Shown in pieces: positions 12,167 to 42,992 of a stretch of 64,000 nt of DNA (positions are counted from its first letter, which is position 1; each line of letters begins with the position of its first letter). Both the position numbers and the translations under genes were made by a program. The DNA comes from the human T2T-CHM13v2.0 reference genome, Homo sapiens: NCBI RefSeq assembly GCF_009914755.1, contig NC_060926.1; one strand, 5' to 3'. The notes beneath the pieces are model-generated. The model was not told the origin of the DNA. It saw nothing but the letters and a program-made list of their open reading frames with translations, and ran no database searches.

Positions 12167-12296
12167 AACCATCCTTTTCTTGGGGTTGCGCTACTGTCCA
12201 ATGAGCGCATAGTGAGGGCAGTACTGCTAACGCCTGAACAACACACCCGCATCAACTAGAGCTTTTGCTTTATTTTGGTGCAATTTTTGGAAAAAT
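12167..12296 (+). ncRNA. RNU4ATAC: U4atac small nuclear RNA (minor spliceosome)
   Basis: 130 nt, AACCATCCTTTTCTTGGGGTTGCGCTACTGTCCAATGAGCGCATAGTGAGGGCAGTACTGCTAAC...GCAATTTTTGGAAAAAT, matching human U4atac as I recall it. 5' stem-loop TACTGTCC/GGGCAGTA (12192-12223) with AAT bulge and tandem GA/GA (k-turn). 3' stem-loop 12249-12281. Sm site AATTTTTGG 12282-12290. snRNA promoter elements lie upstream at canonical spacing. Confidence 0.98.
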
Positions 12297-12322
12297 GAAA
12301 ACCTGTTTTCATAGACTTATCA

Positions 12323-12335
12323 GTTCAAACAGCAG
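12323..12335 (+). terminator. Candidate snRNA 3' box (Integrator processing signal)
   Basis: GTTCAAACAGCAG resembles GTTYN0-3AAARYAGA. A weaker alternative, GTTTTCATAGA, is at 12305-12315. Confidence 0.5.
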
Positions 12336-12600
12336 TAATTCGTAAATAAACTAGTACTTTGTGGTTAAACCAGTAGAGGGTGCACAAGACGCGTGGTTTT
12401 AGTGTCGCAAGTAAAGTTCTTTCAGTTTTTGCGGTGATTAAACGGGAAGGATTTCAACAGAACTTCACCCCTTTAACTTTACGCCGATCATCAACTGTTC
12501 TGTAACTTCCTTATGCTGAGTCAGCCCAGTAGTCTAGGTCAAGTTTCAATAGGAGACGAAGTTTCAGTAGGTCTTTGCACCTCACATAAAATGTAATCCA

Positions 12601-13216
<616 letters not shown>

Positions 13217-13629
13217 TTAAACCCTTCCTCCGTATGAAGCAGTTTTGCACTGTGAGACTTCATTAAACATGCTTCCAACACAAAGCCGGGCACTGCCCAA
13301 TGTTCACACAACAACCAAACAGGACGGGGCAACAGTTAGGATTTCTTGTATACAGCCTGTGCCTGCCTGCCTCTGGCGGCTGATAAAAGCAAAAACTGCA
13401 GACTTTTCTATTCAGCTTTGAAATCTACTGCTTCAAAACTGAAGGAATCTAAATTGGCCCAATAATCCCCACAATACATAAAATGTTCTTGCAAGAAACT
13501 GGCTACTTGACAATATTGAAGAAAATAATTTTTAAAACTTTTATAAAGAGAACAATTTGTAAACAGATTTTTTAAATAATATAATAATGGTATAAACACT
13601 TTAAAATAATGACTCTACTTTCCAGCTAA

Positions 13630-14180
13630 AAGGGATTAGGTTTCACACTATGACTTCCTTCCAGAGTACAGTATGAAGTGGAGGAGTAACTATCCTGCGG
13701 AGAAAACTGACAGACGCAACCTCAGCCAGATGGTGGAGGTCAACATCAAGTACACGTCATATGATGTCATGAAAACGGCATTTTGCCTGTGACAGTCCTT
13801 CCCAAGACCCTTAAGCTCAGTCTAAACATGAGGAAAACATCAGAGAAATTCCAATAGAGGGGCATCCTACAAAACACCTGACCAGTACCCCTCAAAACTG
13901 TCCAGGTCATCAAAAACAAGAACTCTGAGAAACTGTCACAGCAACAGGAGCCAAGGGAAACATAACAACTAAAGGTAATGAGGTATCCTGGAAAAGAGTG
14001 TGCAACAGAAAGATGACATTTTTCCTTAGGTAGAAACTAAGGAAATATGAATAAAGCATGAACTCTAGTTAATAATAATACATCAATACTGGCTCATTAA
14101 TTGTAATAAACCACATTAATGTTAGATATAATAATGAGATATTTGTAATTTTTCTGTAAAAAAGTTTATTTTTAAAAAAG
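13630..14180 (+). mobile_element. L1MC/MD-like 3' fragment
   Basis: CCTACAAAACACCTGACCAGTACCCCTCAAAACTGTCCAGGTCATCAAAAACAAG motif typical of L1MC/MD 3' ends. Confidence 0.7.
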
Positions 14181-14679
14181 AACAGCCCATCACTTAAGTG
14201 AGTTATTTAGCTTTTGTCTGGTGAAATCTTAAGCTTATCTGCACAGTTGCATTACTGGTTGCAGGTAGGGGTGTTATTCATGACAGAAACATCCCTTCAT
14301 ACATCGTTCAAGGCTAAGGTAAAGAGGACTATTGTTTATTTGGGGGAAAGCTGACGTCAGCTTTTCCAGGATGGCAGTTTACTTGGTAGGTCTGAGCAGA
14401 GAAGGCCTCGCTAAGCCCCGGACAGTCAAGTTTCAATGCGTTGCCTAGAGGAACTGGGGAGCCTGGAAACTCCCGAAGAAGACTGAGTGGGTAGATGCAC
14501 CTGAGCCCCAGAGAAATAGGACAGGAGAGGTCCAGGGTGTCAGCCAGGAGGACAGAAGGCAGTTCCAGGCACTTTCACAGCTCAGGCCCTTCTCCTGGGT
14601 TTCCATTTCCCTACTGAAGAAAGGGATACATGAAAAAGTCCTTGCCCAGAAGACCACTCTGATAATTAACTATAAAAAC

Positions 14680-14800
14680 CTCTTTGTGCCTAACCTCCTC
14701 ATCTGTAAAACATGGACAATAATAACAGCTGCCTCGTGGGTTGTTGTGAGGGTTAAATAAAGTGTGTATGTAAACTGTGCCTGGCACGTGGTAAGGGTAC
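14680..14800 (+). mobile_element. MIR fragment (others at ~430-540, 9390-9500, 22620-22790, 48270-48480, 56830-56950)
   Basis: MIR core CCTCATCTGTAAAA...GGGTTGTTGTGAGGGTTAAAT. Confidence 0.65.
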
Positions 14801-15229
14801 TTTTTTTTTCCCCCTATTTCTGCTTTCTTCAGCCCTTAGGTTTATAAAACCAACTTCTTCTGCATGGCTCACTGGAATACACAATTCTGTTTTATGGAAT
14901 GAGGTGTTACCTGATTCTAAAGTCACGAATAAAAGTCAATCAAAATCTTTAAATTTGTTGTAATTTTTTTCTTCCAACACCATTAACTCTGCGTGACCCT
15001 TGACTCTGACATTTTACTTAATTATCTACGTTTGTGCTTGTTTCCCCAGCTACACTCCTTGAATGTAAGGAATACTATCATCTTGCATTTCCTCAGAATT
15101 CCCATAATAAGTAGCACAATGCTGGGTACACGGTAGGTGATCAATAAACCCTACTGTATTGATGTGAATGAGACTGGAATAGATGAGTTCTCAAGGTCCA
15201 ACACATCTTCTTTATCCTACAAACCTTTA

Positions 15230-22330
<7,101 letters not shown>

Positions 22331-24229
22331 TAAAAATTAGAGCAGTGGGAGTGATGCTGACCACTAGACCTATAAGTTTATAACAAGAAGCTTAGACCTC
22401 CAAAACACTTGTAAAGGCCCCAAAATGGAACAGTTATCTTTCCAGAACATGAGGTCTGCTCATTGAGCAAAGAAAGGAATACTCAATCCTCTCCTCCAAA
22501 AAAACATCCATAAGGGACAAACTAGGTGGTAAAAACAGGCCATTTCTGAAGCTTCAGAAGACTGGATTGTCTAAGGTAAAAACAATGTTCACATTCATAT
22601 TGCACTTCATTGTTTTAAGGTATTTTGCATGAATCTGAGTACTCTCACAATAATCCTGAGATATAGAATATATTATCCTTATTTTGGAAATAAGGAAAAT
22701 AAAGACCAAAAGACTTATCCAGGGTTGTAAAGTTTGGTAAATGACCAAACTGCAAATAAGCCCGAGCCTCCTGACTACACCAAAGCCATTTTCACTATAA
22801 CATAATAATGATATACACAAAACCCCACATTTTTAGTCTTTTTCATCTCTCTTTCTCTCTCTCTAGCTAGCTTAAGACCTTCTCTGCCAATATCGGATAA
22901 CTTCAAACGTCAGCCTCGGCGCTACACCTCTCTGAGGCTCTGGGAATGCCTCAGCTAGGAAAAAAAGCACTGGCTTTGTAAGCACATCTTTGGGGCTGAC
23001 ATCCAGCTCTCCTCCCATGGCAGCTGCTCCATCTCCGAGCTTCAAATGCTCACTCAATAAAACCAGAATAATAATACATTTACCTTAAAGAGTACACATG
23101 AGGCTAACGAAGTTTTAACAAAATGCTCGGAATGTCACAGGCACCCAGTAAGTACTATTTCCCTTCTTTATGAGAGCAGCACTTTTAAAAATAATAAAGC
23201 GTGGCTTACTGAGTTAAGGGGCAAACAAAGTAGGCATGAAATCTAGAAAAGAAAATAAGGTTGCCTAAAATTCCATCACTCAACAATACCCCTGTTACTG
23301 TTTTGGTGACTATCCTGCAAGACATCCAGGCACACGCACATGCACATTTTTCCATTCAATGTGCAATGGACATCTTCCCAAGTCAATAAATACAGATCTA
23401 CACCCCTATTTTCAGTGGCTTTATAATATTGTACGTAGGTATCATCATCACTCACCCAGTCCTACTAATATGCAGGGTTTTCATTATTTTACACAAAACG
23501 ATGATGGATGCACACTTCTACATATGTGCTCTCATCCTCTTAGTACAAATGCTGAAAACATTTGCTGAGTCAAAAAGAAAACACACTGTATACTATACTG
23601 TTAGCTCTGTTTTTAATGTAATGCACTAGGTGCTGCTTTAAAAACAGGACTGTGCCCTGCTGATTTCTACACATTTTTTAGTTATTTTAAAAGACTAGAT
23701 TGCAACCTCACTAAGTAAGGAGAAATTAGCACTCTACACTGTAATTTTCACATTCAAGAATAAAAACACAACACAAATACCCCCTCAAGAAAAGTGTGAT
23801 AGTCAGTGACTTTGCACATACACATGTACGATGGCAGAAGTAGTTACTGTTACCCAAACTTGTTATCCTTCAAAGCAGTCACCTAGGAAGTGCCTGGGTG
23901 CTCAACCCAATAACAATGCCACTGCGCAGTCTATTTTTAAAATTCCTCTTCTGGAATGCCCTCCAGAGATAGTTTATAAACCATAAAAGTAAATGTCTGT
24001 TAAAATACGTTAATTAATATTGGATTAATGGGACTTACAAAGTTATGGGCTATTACCAGTAATTGTCCATATAAAGGATTTTACCCTTCAAAAGGTATTT
24101 AGGATCATCACACCATCAAACCACTTTCTTTTATTACACATGAGGCCAGCAATATGGCAAGTCACACTAGGAGACAAGGTTTAAAATACAATGAGAAGCA
24201 GAGTTAGTAACCTTTGTTTGAAGACCTAG

Positions 24230-24431
24230 ACCAATCCAATACAGCTTTCAGCAATGATAGAAATGTTCTACAACGGTGATGTCCAATGCAGTAGCCACTA
24301 GCCGCATATGGTTACTGAGCAAACGAAAGGTAGCTAGTGCAAATGCAGAACAGGACTTTTCATTTAACTTTGCTTAATCTTAACTTTAAACCACCACAGG
24401 AGGCTCATGGCTACTGTACTGGACAGTGCTG
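24230..24431. mobile_element. MER3-like hAT MITE
   Basis: Motifs GATAGAAATGTTCTA, GTAGCCACTAGCC and GGCTACTGTACTGGACAGTGCTG. Confidence 0.7.
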
Positions 24432-26161
24432 CTCTAGACCACTGGCTGCAAACTCGGACACATAGGTAAAAATAAGGCCGGTTATGTGATGGGGGTAAGG
24501 GGGCCATGGAAACTTGGGGCACCTCTTAAAGCTCCAGTCACTTGATAACATGTGGGACTGAAGGACAGTAAGGCCACATCTCCTGATTTTAAACCCTGGC
24601 AACTTATCCAAAGAATTTTAAAGCACTAAGGAGACCAAACAAAACATATTTGTGGGTCATATCCAGTCACAGACCTCTAAATTTGCAATCTCTCTCATCC
24701 AGATACATCCCATAAACATGAGATCAGGCACCAAGACATTCATGATGGTTTAAGGAAATAAACAAAGATCTAAGTTTCCCATATGGACTTTCAAAATTTT
24801 CCCTGATATGCTTCCAAGCTGACCTACCTGTTCCTCTCTCCCAGCAGCCCCCAGCGCGCCAACAGGACTCACAGCTCTTCCTCCTGCCCAAGATTCCTAG
24901 AGTCTCCCTAGACTCCTCCAAAGCCCAAGTCCCAATCCTTCTAAGAGACAGTTCCAGCTAGCCCCCTCCAAAAGGTCTCCAGCCTCCTAATTTCTCTAAA
25001 CCCCAATCTGAATAGTACTTTTTTCTATCTCCTTTATATGCATACTAAGTAACTCTCCAAAAAGACCACAAACTACTCAAAGCAGAGCAGATTCTTACAC
25101 AACCTTTCTCATGCACTCACTTGCCCAGAGACAGTAAAAAAAAAGTAGGGGGTGGATAGGAAATCATGGGGCAGTGAACGTCTATCTTACAAAGATTCTC
25201 TATTTAATTCTCACAACAATATTTTGAGGCAAATATCATAACTATAAATATGCCTACTTTGCAGATAAGGAAACTAAGCCCAAAAAGATGAACAAATAAT
25301 TAGGCAAGGTCACTCCGCGATTATGTGGCTTAAATAATGTTCACTAATCCATTAGTCTTACAAAAGGGCAAACCAAGAACACTAAGTTTATAATGACACC
25401 CAAGTCAAATCACTCTTCTGTGTCTACTTTTTCCAGAGAACCATCTGCCCACTGGTTGTGCTTCTGACAAAAAGTGTGTAACAGAAGCCGTTCCAAGAGT
25501 GTACTGTAACTAATTTTAGAGACCAAAATATCTGTGAATTGGCTCATTGGTTATAGCTCCCAGCATTCCAATCTCCACAGAGGCACCATGAGAGACAAAT
25601 CAACTCCTTCCTCAAGTAAGGAGTAATCTCCTTCCACTGATTTTTCTCAGAGTTCATGCCAGGGTTAAATCCTGACAAAAATCTTAGCTCCAGGATGGCA
25701 TTTTACTACTTTCAAAAAATATATACAAAAAAAAAAAAAAAAAGCTATTACTACCCCTTTTTGAAATTGAAATCTGGAAAAACATAACAATAGTCTGTGC
25801 TTAACATACTCTCTAAATTCATGCAATACATGTTTTTTTAAAGGGGGAAAGGTGCATTCATTTATTTACTTAAAATTTATTGATCACTTATTAGAATTCT
25901 ATATACTTGATCAAATATCAATCAAGTATAAGGGTAGAGACGAACAAGCTGTTAGACATATAAGGAGTTACTAAACACACACGTACCACATGACTGCAAT
26001 TCCATTCCATACAAAAAGAACTGGGTCAGTAAACAAGAAAATAAACCAAAAAAGTGAAAAACATGGGATCCTAGAAACAGAGGGGCCAACTCAAAAGAGA
26101 GGTGAAGGCAATTACCAAGATGATGGCAAAAGGGATTCTCAGAATGATGGCAGGGCACCTA

Positions 26162-26507
<346 letters not shown>

Positions 26508-27608
26508 TAATTAAAATCAGCACAGCAAGGGCAGAGAATGAGAGCAAGTTAGAAATCAACAGGGGAATACAAAGCTGATGGTCCAAAATTGAATCTCCAA
26601 GTTTGTCTCCAAAAAGTTTTTGTTTTTCTTTTATTTGTTTGGTTTTTTTAATCACGGGGGTGGGGCGGGCACGGAGCAGACATTTGCTTGAATCATGATC
26701 CAAAAAAATCCACACATGACATTTAGCAGGTATGGCACATGACAACTCAAGGTTATTCTAAAGTCTCCCTGACTCTAAAGTGGGCCCCCTCCTACCCCAT
26801 TTCTTTTCGTGTCATTTTCGTGCTGTAGAAATCTGGTCGGTTCTGTTATGAAGAGACACAGTCAGCTTTGTCTGTTTCCTTGGGCATCGTTGAACTTGAC
26901 CCTCTATCTGCATTTCCTGCAGATGAAGTCAGCTCTAGAGATCCAACTAGATTCAGATTCAGCATTTCTGGCCAGAATATTTTATAGGTGGTACTATAAT
27001 CTTTATTCCAATAATATCTTCCATATTTCATCAAATCTAAGACACCACCAACTTTATGAACACCAAAGAAATAGCTGGTGACAAACTGTTACCCAATTGA
27101 TCAAAAGACTCATCTTGATATCAGAGATGGTAAAACTGTAGAGGTTAAAAAAAAAAGTGTCTCAGAATTGAAATTCTATTATAGTTTGCTCATTACTTAA
27201 AAAAAAAAAACTTTCTTTAATTGGATTTATAGTTCTATAGAATGAGAGCTTCAAAAACACCTTTTAAAACAGAAAGATTCTTAGAAGTATGGCATGCTTT
27301 ACATGCAATGCCTCTTGGAAACAGAAATGATCTTTCAAGGTACTTTCCAACCATGGATTTCAAGGCCCTTTCCCTTTCACATCCCACCCCAACACATTTC
27401 CTGTGATTTATCACATCTCTATACTTTAGCCATGAGACTACCTCTCAGGGTATACCCAGAAAAAGTAAAAACAAGGAACAGCTAAAAAATTCAGTTACAT
27501 TGGAAATAACTTGGCAGTTTCTTTAAAAACGAAACACACACGTACCCTATGACTGCAATTCCATTCCTAGGTATCTACCTAGAAATGAAATATAGAAATC
27601 AAAGTGTA

Positions 27609-34675
<7,067 letters not shown>

Positions 34676-34707
34676 GCAAGGTACTGCACTTTTTAAAAAG
34701 AAAAATG

Positions 34708-36185
<1,478 letters not shown>

Positions 36186-36977
36186 AAAAGCAAAATCTGT
36201 TAGTAGGCTTAAAACAATTCTCCTAGTGACTGAATCATGCACAGAAGAACTTATTATACCTGCCCCAAACAAGTATTTCTTATATCTCTATCCAGAAATA
36301 TCGGCTGTTGTGGAAGAAAGCAAGGCCCTGGGTCAGGAACTGAGAGTTGTGGGTGGAAAGCAACACGGTCTGTGCAGACCCAGAGTCCTAATGGAGTCAA
36401 GAACTCCCTGGAGAGCTCACGCTGCACACAAACCTCAGCAGGTCTCTCTGCGGCCCATGAATCCTCTGCAGTTTTCCTGGATGTGCTGTGCTCTCGCATG
36501 CTCCCGTCTGCAGCACTGTGTGTTCTCTCTGCTGTCTGCTCTTGTGCCTCTTTCAGGACTCGCTTCAAGCCTCATCAACTCCAGTGGCCTCCCACCAATA
36601 TCCACCAGCCTGAGACAGAAGTTGTGTTTCCAGCCACCTATTATACTGTTCTAGCAGTCAGGCTCATTTGTGACCTCTGATTTTTAAAAGCATCTATTTC
36701 TCTAATGCCAAGAGTCTAGACTGCAACCTTCCAGAAGATAGGTTTTTATTCATCTATCATCAGCATCAACTATAATGATAGCAAATTTTGAGGAGGAGGA
36801 TGGAGGGAAGGTGAATAAGACAAACAGGAAAGAATGTAAATATCATGAACTACGTATTCCAATTAACTAACCTGAATACAATGACTGCCATCAAGACATT
36901 ATCACTCTGTCCTACTTGTATCCTTGCTTCCAATCCCAGCCCACTCAAGGTCTACTCTTAACAGACAAGCATAATGT

Positions 36978-38008
<1,031 letters not shown>

Positions 38009-38588
38009 AAATCCCACTGACAGGCCTTATTGCTCACCTGGAAAAATATCTTTCTGTTGGGTTCTAAATTAAGTTGAACAAGAATGAACAACTTCTGACA
38101 TGCATCTCCCCTCCCATACTTCTTGCTGCTAAAAAGTTATACCAAAATACAAATAAAGAGAAACTAATACAACTAAAGCACCATGCAAACAGCAGTACCT
38201 GTAGTACAGTCCTGTACTAGGTCACAAGACCTCCATCCTAGTTCTGCTACCAAATGACTCTAGGTGTGTTATTAATACTTGCATAATCGGGGCAACTGTC
38301 TACAAAACTAAAACTAGTGGTCTCTGAGACTCTGCAAGCTCTGTGGTTTGAATTCTGTTCTTCATTCTCCCTATTTTGCAGTGCTGCTCACTGCGAATGT
38401 TATCAATCCCTGTTGCTGGGCCCTGCCCTAGGTTTCTACTGCTGCCTTTCTCAAGAGCACGTGATAGAACTTACTCTTTCCTGGTTATCAGTTCAGATGA
38501 TAAGTTTTGTTTGTGCCTTTCTTCACTCAGTAGATAGCTTAAAGCAGTGGCTTCTGAACTTTTTGATTACATAGAATATCTATTATGT

Positions 38589-39385
<797 letters not shown>

Positions 39386-39653
39386 GAACACCTATTATGT
39401 GTATTTACTTATAAATCATACAATCTATTGTTATGTAAATTTAGTTATAAAGCATATGTAAAACAGAATAACTTCAAAGAATAAGGTGAAAAATAAATAT
39501 TAACAAGGAGCTATAATGTTCTTCCCGTAGCCCAATGGACTGGCCTGTCCCTCATAGAAACCACTAATCTAAAATGAAAGCAGCATCACCCAGATTGAAA
39601 ATGGGAAAGCAACAGAAAAAAAGAAATCCTCCAGGCATCCTAGGAAGCATCTC

Positions 39654-40057
39654 TGCTATGGTTTGAATGTGCCCCCCCAAATTTCACGTTATAAATTTAA
39701 TCTACAATGCTGCAGTACTGAAAGGCGAGGCTTTTAAAGAAGGGACTGTGTCATGAGGGCTCTGTCTTCACGAATGGATGAATGAATTAATGGGTTATCA
39801 CGGGAGTGGAACTAGTGGCTTTATAAGAAGAGGAAGAGAAACCTGAGCTAAAGCACTCACAGCCCCTCACCATGTAATAACCCGCACCACCTCGGGACTC
39901 TGCAGAAAATGCCCACCAGCTAGAAGGCTCTCACCAGAGGTGGCCCTTTGACTCTGGACTTCTTGGCCCTCACGCCTATAAGAAAAAAATTCCTTTTTAC
40001 AATAATTTATCCAGTTTCAGGTATTCTGTTATAAACAAAAGAAAATGGACTAATACA
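39654..40057 (+). mobile_element. MST-family (MSTC/MSTD-like, MaLR) solo LTR
   Basis: Begins TGCTATGGTTTGAATGTG and ends AATGGACTAATACA; internal MST-like motifs. Confidence 0.85.
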
Positions 40058-40479
40058 CTCTTGCTGCCAATTGGGGGAAAGTGACAGTTAAGGTGATATA
40101 TTCCCAAGTGCCTCAGACTCCAAATCACAAAGAATTTCAGAGCGAGCCAGATTCTCTCATGGTTCTGTTCAGAATGTTTCATAAGAATGACCTTGCAAAC
40201 TGAAGCTTTCAACCTGGCCTGGGAACCTTAAGAATATTTTATGAACAATCAATCCACCGAACTGCACCTGTCAGCAGACCCCGGTTAACTGCACAGAGTA
40301 CCTGAAAGCCATCCCCTGTCTGAATTCACACAGAAAACTTTTAGAGCCACGGCACTGTGATGGAGGGAAAGAAGGTGTGGACCACACCTCATGAGATGTG
40401 CAAACAACATGGCTCATGACAAACCCAGCAGAATGCTCAATCTTTAGAAACCCAAGATGGCTACAGCAATACAGACCAT

Positions 40480-41430
40480 GACAATTTTTGGTAAGGACAT
40501 GGAGAAACTGAAATCCTCAAACATTATTGGTGGGATTATAAAATAATGTAGCCACTCTGGAAAACAATCTAGCAGTTCCCCAAAATGTTTAACATAAAAT
40601 TACCATATGTCTCATACATTCAGCTCCTAGGTATATACCCAAGAGATTTAAAAATCTACATCCACACAAAAACATGAATATTCATAACAGTATTATTCAT
40701 AATAGTCAAAAAGTGAAAACAACATAATATCCAACAACTGACAAAATGTGGTATACCTACATAATGGAATATTATTTGGCAATAAAAAGAAATTAAGTAC
40801 TGAATTCATGCTACAACGTGGGTAAACCTTGAAAACATTATGATACAAATGGAAGAAGTCAGATACCAAAGACCACATATCGCATGATTCTAGTTTATGA
40901 AATATCTGGAATAGAGACAGAAAAAAAAAATCCAAAGACAGCAAGTTGATTAGTTGGTTGCCAGAAGCTTTGGACAGAGAGGATGGGGAGTAACTGCTGA
41001 TGGGTATAGAGTTCCCTTTTAATACAATGAAAATCTTCAAACACTAGACAGTGGTGATGAGCATACAACTCTGAATATACAAAAAAACCACTTAATTGTA
41101 AACTATAAAATGGTGAATTTTATAACTCATGATATATAAATTATATTTTAGTACCTTAATAATTATCATCATCATCATTATCATCATCATCATTACAATG
41201 GCTAATGAAATGTGGTATCCTGGACTGGATCCAAGAAAAGAAAAAAGACATTAGTGGAAACACTGATGAAATCCAAATAAAACCTGTAGTTTGATTAATA
41301 GTGTTGTACCAAGTCCCTTGTATTTCTTAAGTTTTGATAAATGTACCATGGCACTGTAAGAAGCTCACACTAAGGGAAGCTGGGTGAAATGTACATGGGA
41401 ACTCTTAAATCACTTCAAAGTAAAAAAAAA
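40480..41430 (+). mobile_element. L1MB-like and L1MC-like 3' fragments
   Basis: TTACCATATG...CTCCTAGGTATATACCCAAGAGA and AAATGTGGTATCCTGGACTGGATCC motifs. Confidence 0.72.
41164..41194. repeat. (ATC)n trinucleotide microsatellite
   Basis: tatcatcatcatcattatcatcatcatcatt. Confidence 0.9.
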
Positions 41431-41969
41431 AAATTTAATGATAATGAAAAAACTTAACATACTATACTTGAATACTACAGAATACAGTGCAGCTACAGGA
41501 AAGAATAATTTAGACCTACATGTATATTTAACATGGGAAGATGTCTGTGTTATGAAGTTTTTAAAAACAGCAAGCTGCAGAACAGTATGCAGAATAGTAT
41601 GACTGCATTTCCTTAAAAACTTACATGCAATGTTTGTGAGCAATGTGTTTGTATGCTGGGGAATAGGATTTTCACCTTGGGCTTCACATGTGTGTATTAA
41701 GGAATTTTCACAACAGATACACATAAATTCGAAATTTAAGAAAGCCACAATTAAAACAATTTTTAACATTTTAAGTTTTAAACACACATATCCCCTCAGA
41801 AGCTGCCTGCCAGGAAGGAATGGAAGACAGTCTTCTGTCTAGGTTTTCTCTGCAAAGTGGAGAATGAATCCACATCCAAGAACATCCCTCTGCTCCACGG
41901 TTATTTCCACCTCTAGGAATAAGGGGTATCACATCAGTACCAGGCATTTCAAGAACAGCAAGTTACTGA

Positions 41970-42510
<541 letters not shown>

Positions 42511-42782
42511 TAATACAAAGTTGAAAAAGTAATAATAAAGGTATACTATAGGTTTGATCTTTAGAAACTATATCTCCTTAACTACCTGGGAACCAGGATT
42601 AAGACTCATGACTATTATTCTAGGCAAAGAATTACTACTGTAAAATCTATCTTAAAGCTTTCTTTTCTCTTACCTTAAATACTGCAGTGACTAAAAAAGA
42701 GTAGCTTGCAGTGCACTGATCTCATACAATCACTATTAGAAAAACTAGAGACAAAATGGAACAATAAGACAAATATTTAGAT

Positions 42783-42992
42783 CAAAAGTATCCAATCTTT
42801 TGGTTTCCCTAGGCCCCACTGGAAGAAGAAATGTCTTGGGCCACACATAAAATACACTAACACTAATGACAGCTGATGAGCTTAAAAAAAAATTGCAAAA
42901 AAATTTCATAATGTTTTAACAAAGTTTGTGAATTTGTGTAGGACCACATTCAAAACTGTCCTGGGCTTCTGAGCCAGGGGTTGGAAACCTTG
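42783..42992 (+). mobile_element. MER30 (hAT-Charlie MITE)
   Basis: MER30-like body (TCCAATCTTTTGG...GGGCCACACATAAAATACACTAACAC); perfect 8-bp hAT TSD ATTTAGAT (42775-42782 / 42993-43000). Confidence 0.88.

Larger units (their letters stand above)
11270..12250. promoter_or_regulatory. Intragenic CpG island covering CLASP1 exon 3 and the RNU4ATAC promoter
   Basis: Abrupt rise in GC content and dense CpG (cgcgccgcgg, gcggccgacgcgcgg) against AT-rich, CpG-poor flanks. Boundaries judged by eye. Confidence 0.85.

Noticed and set aside
12161-12168. TATA-like TATTATAA suggesting a Pol III (U6-type) promoter
   Set aside because: It overlaps the start site rather than lying at -25/-30. The RNA has an Sm site and internal T runs, consistent with a Pol II snRNA.
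36226-36680. Three overlapping 104-147 aa ORFs in non-repeat DNA
   Set aside because: No recognisable domain, no convincing exon structure and Cys/Ser-rich random composition; likely chance.
36918-36925. GTATCCTT, the U12-type 5' splice-site consensus, near a minor-spliceosome gene
   Set aside because: It is on the strand opposite CLASP1 with no associated exon, and one 8-mer is expected by chance in 64 kb. All four CLASP1 donors here (GTGAGC, GTAGGG, GTAAGT, GTGAGT) are U2-type.
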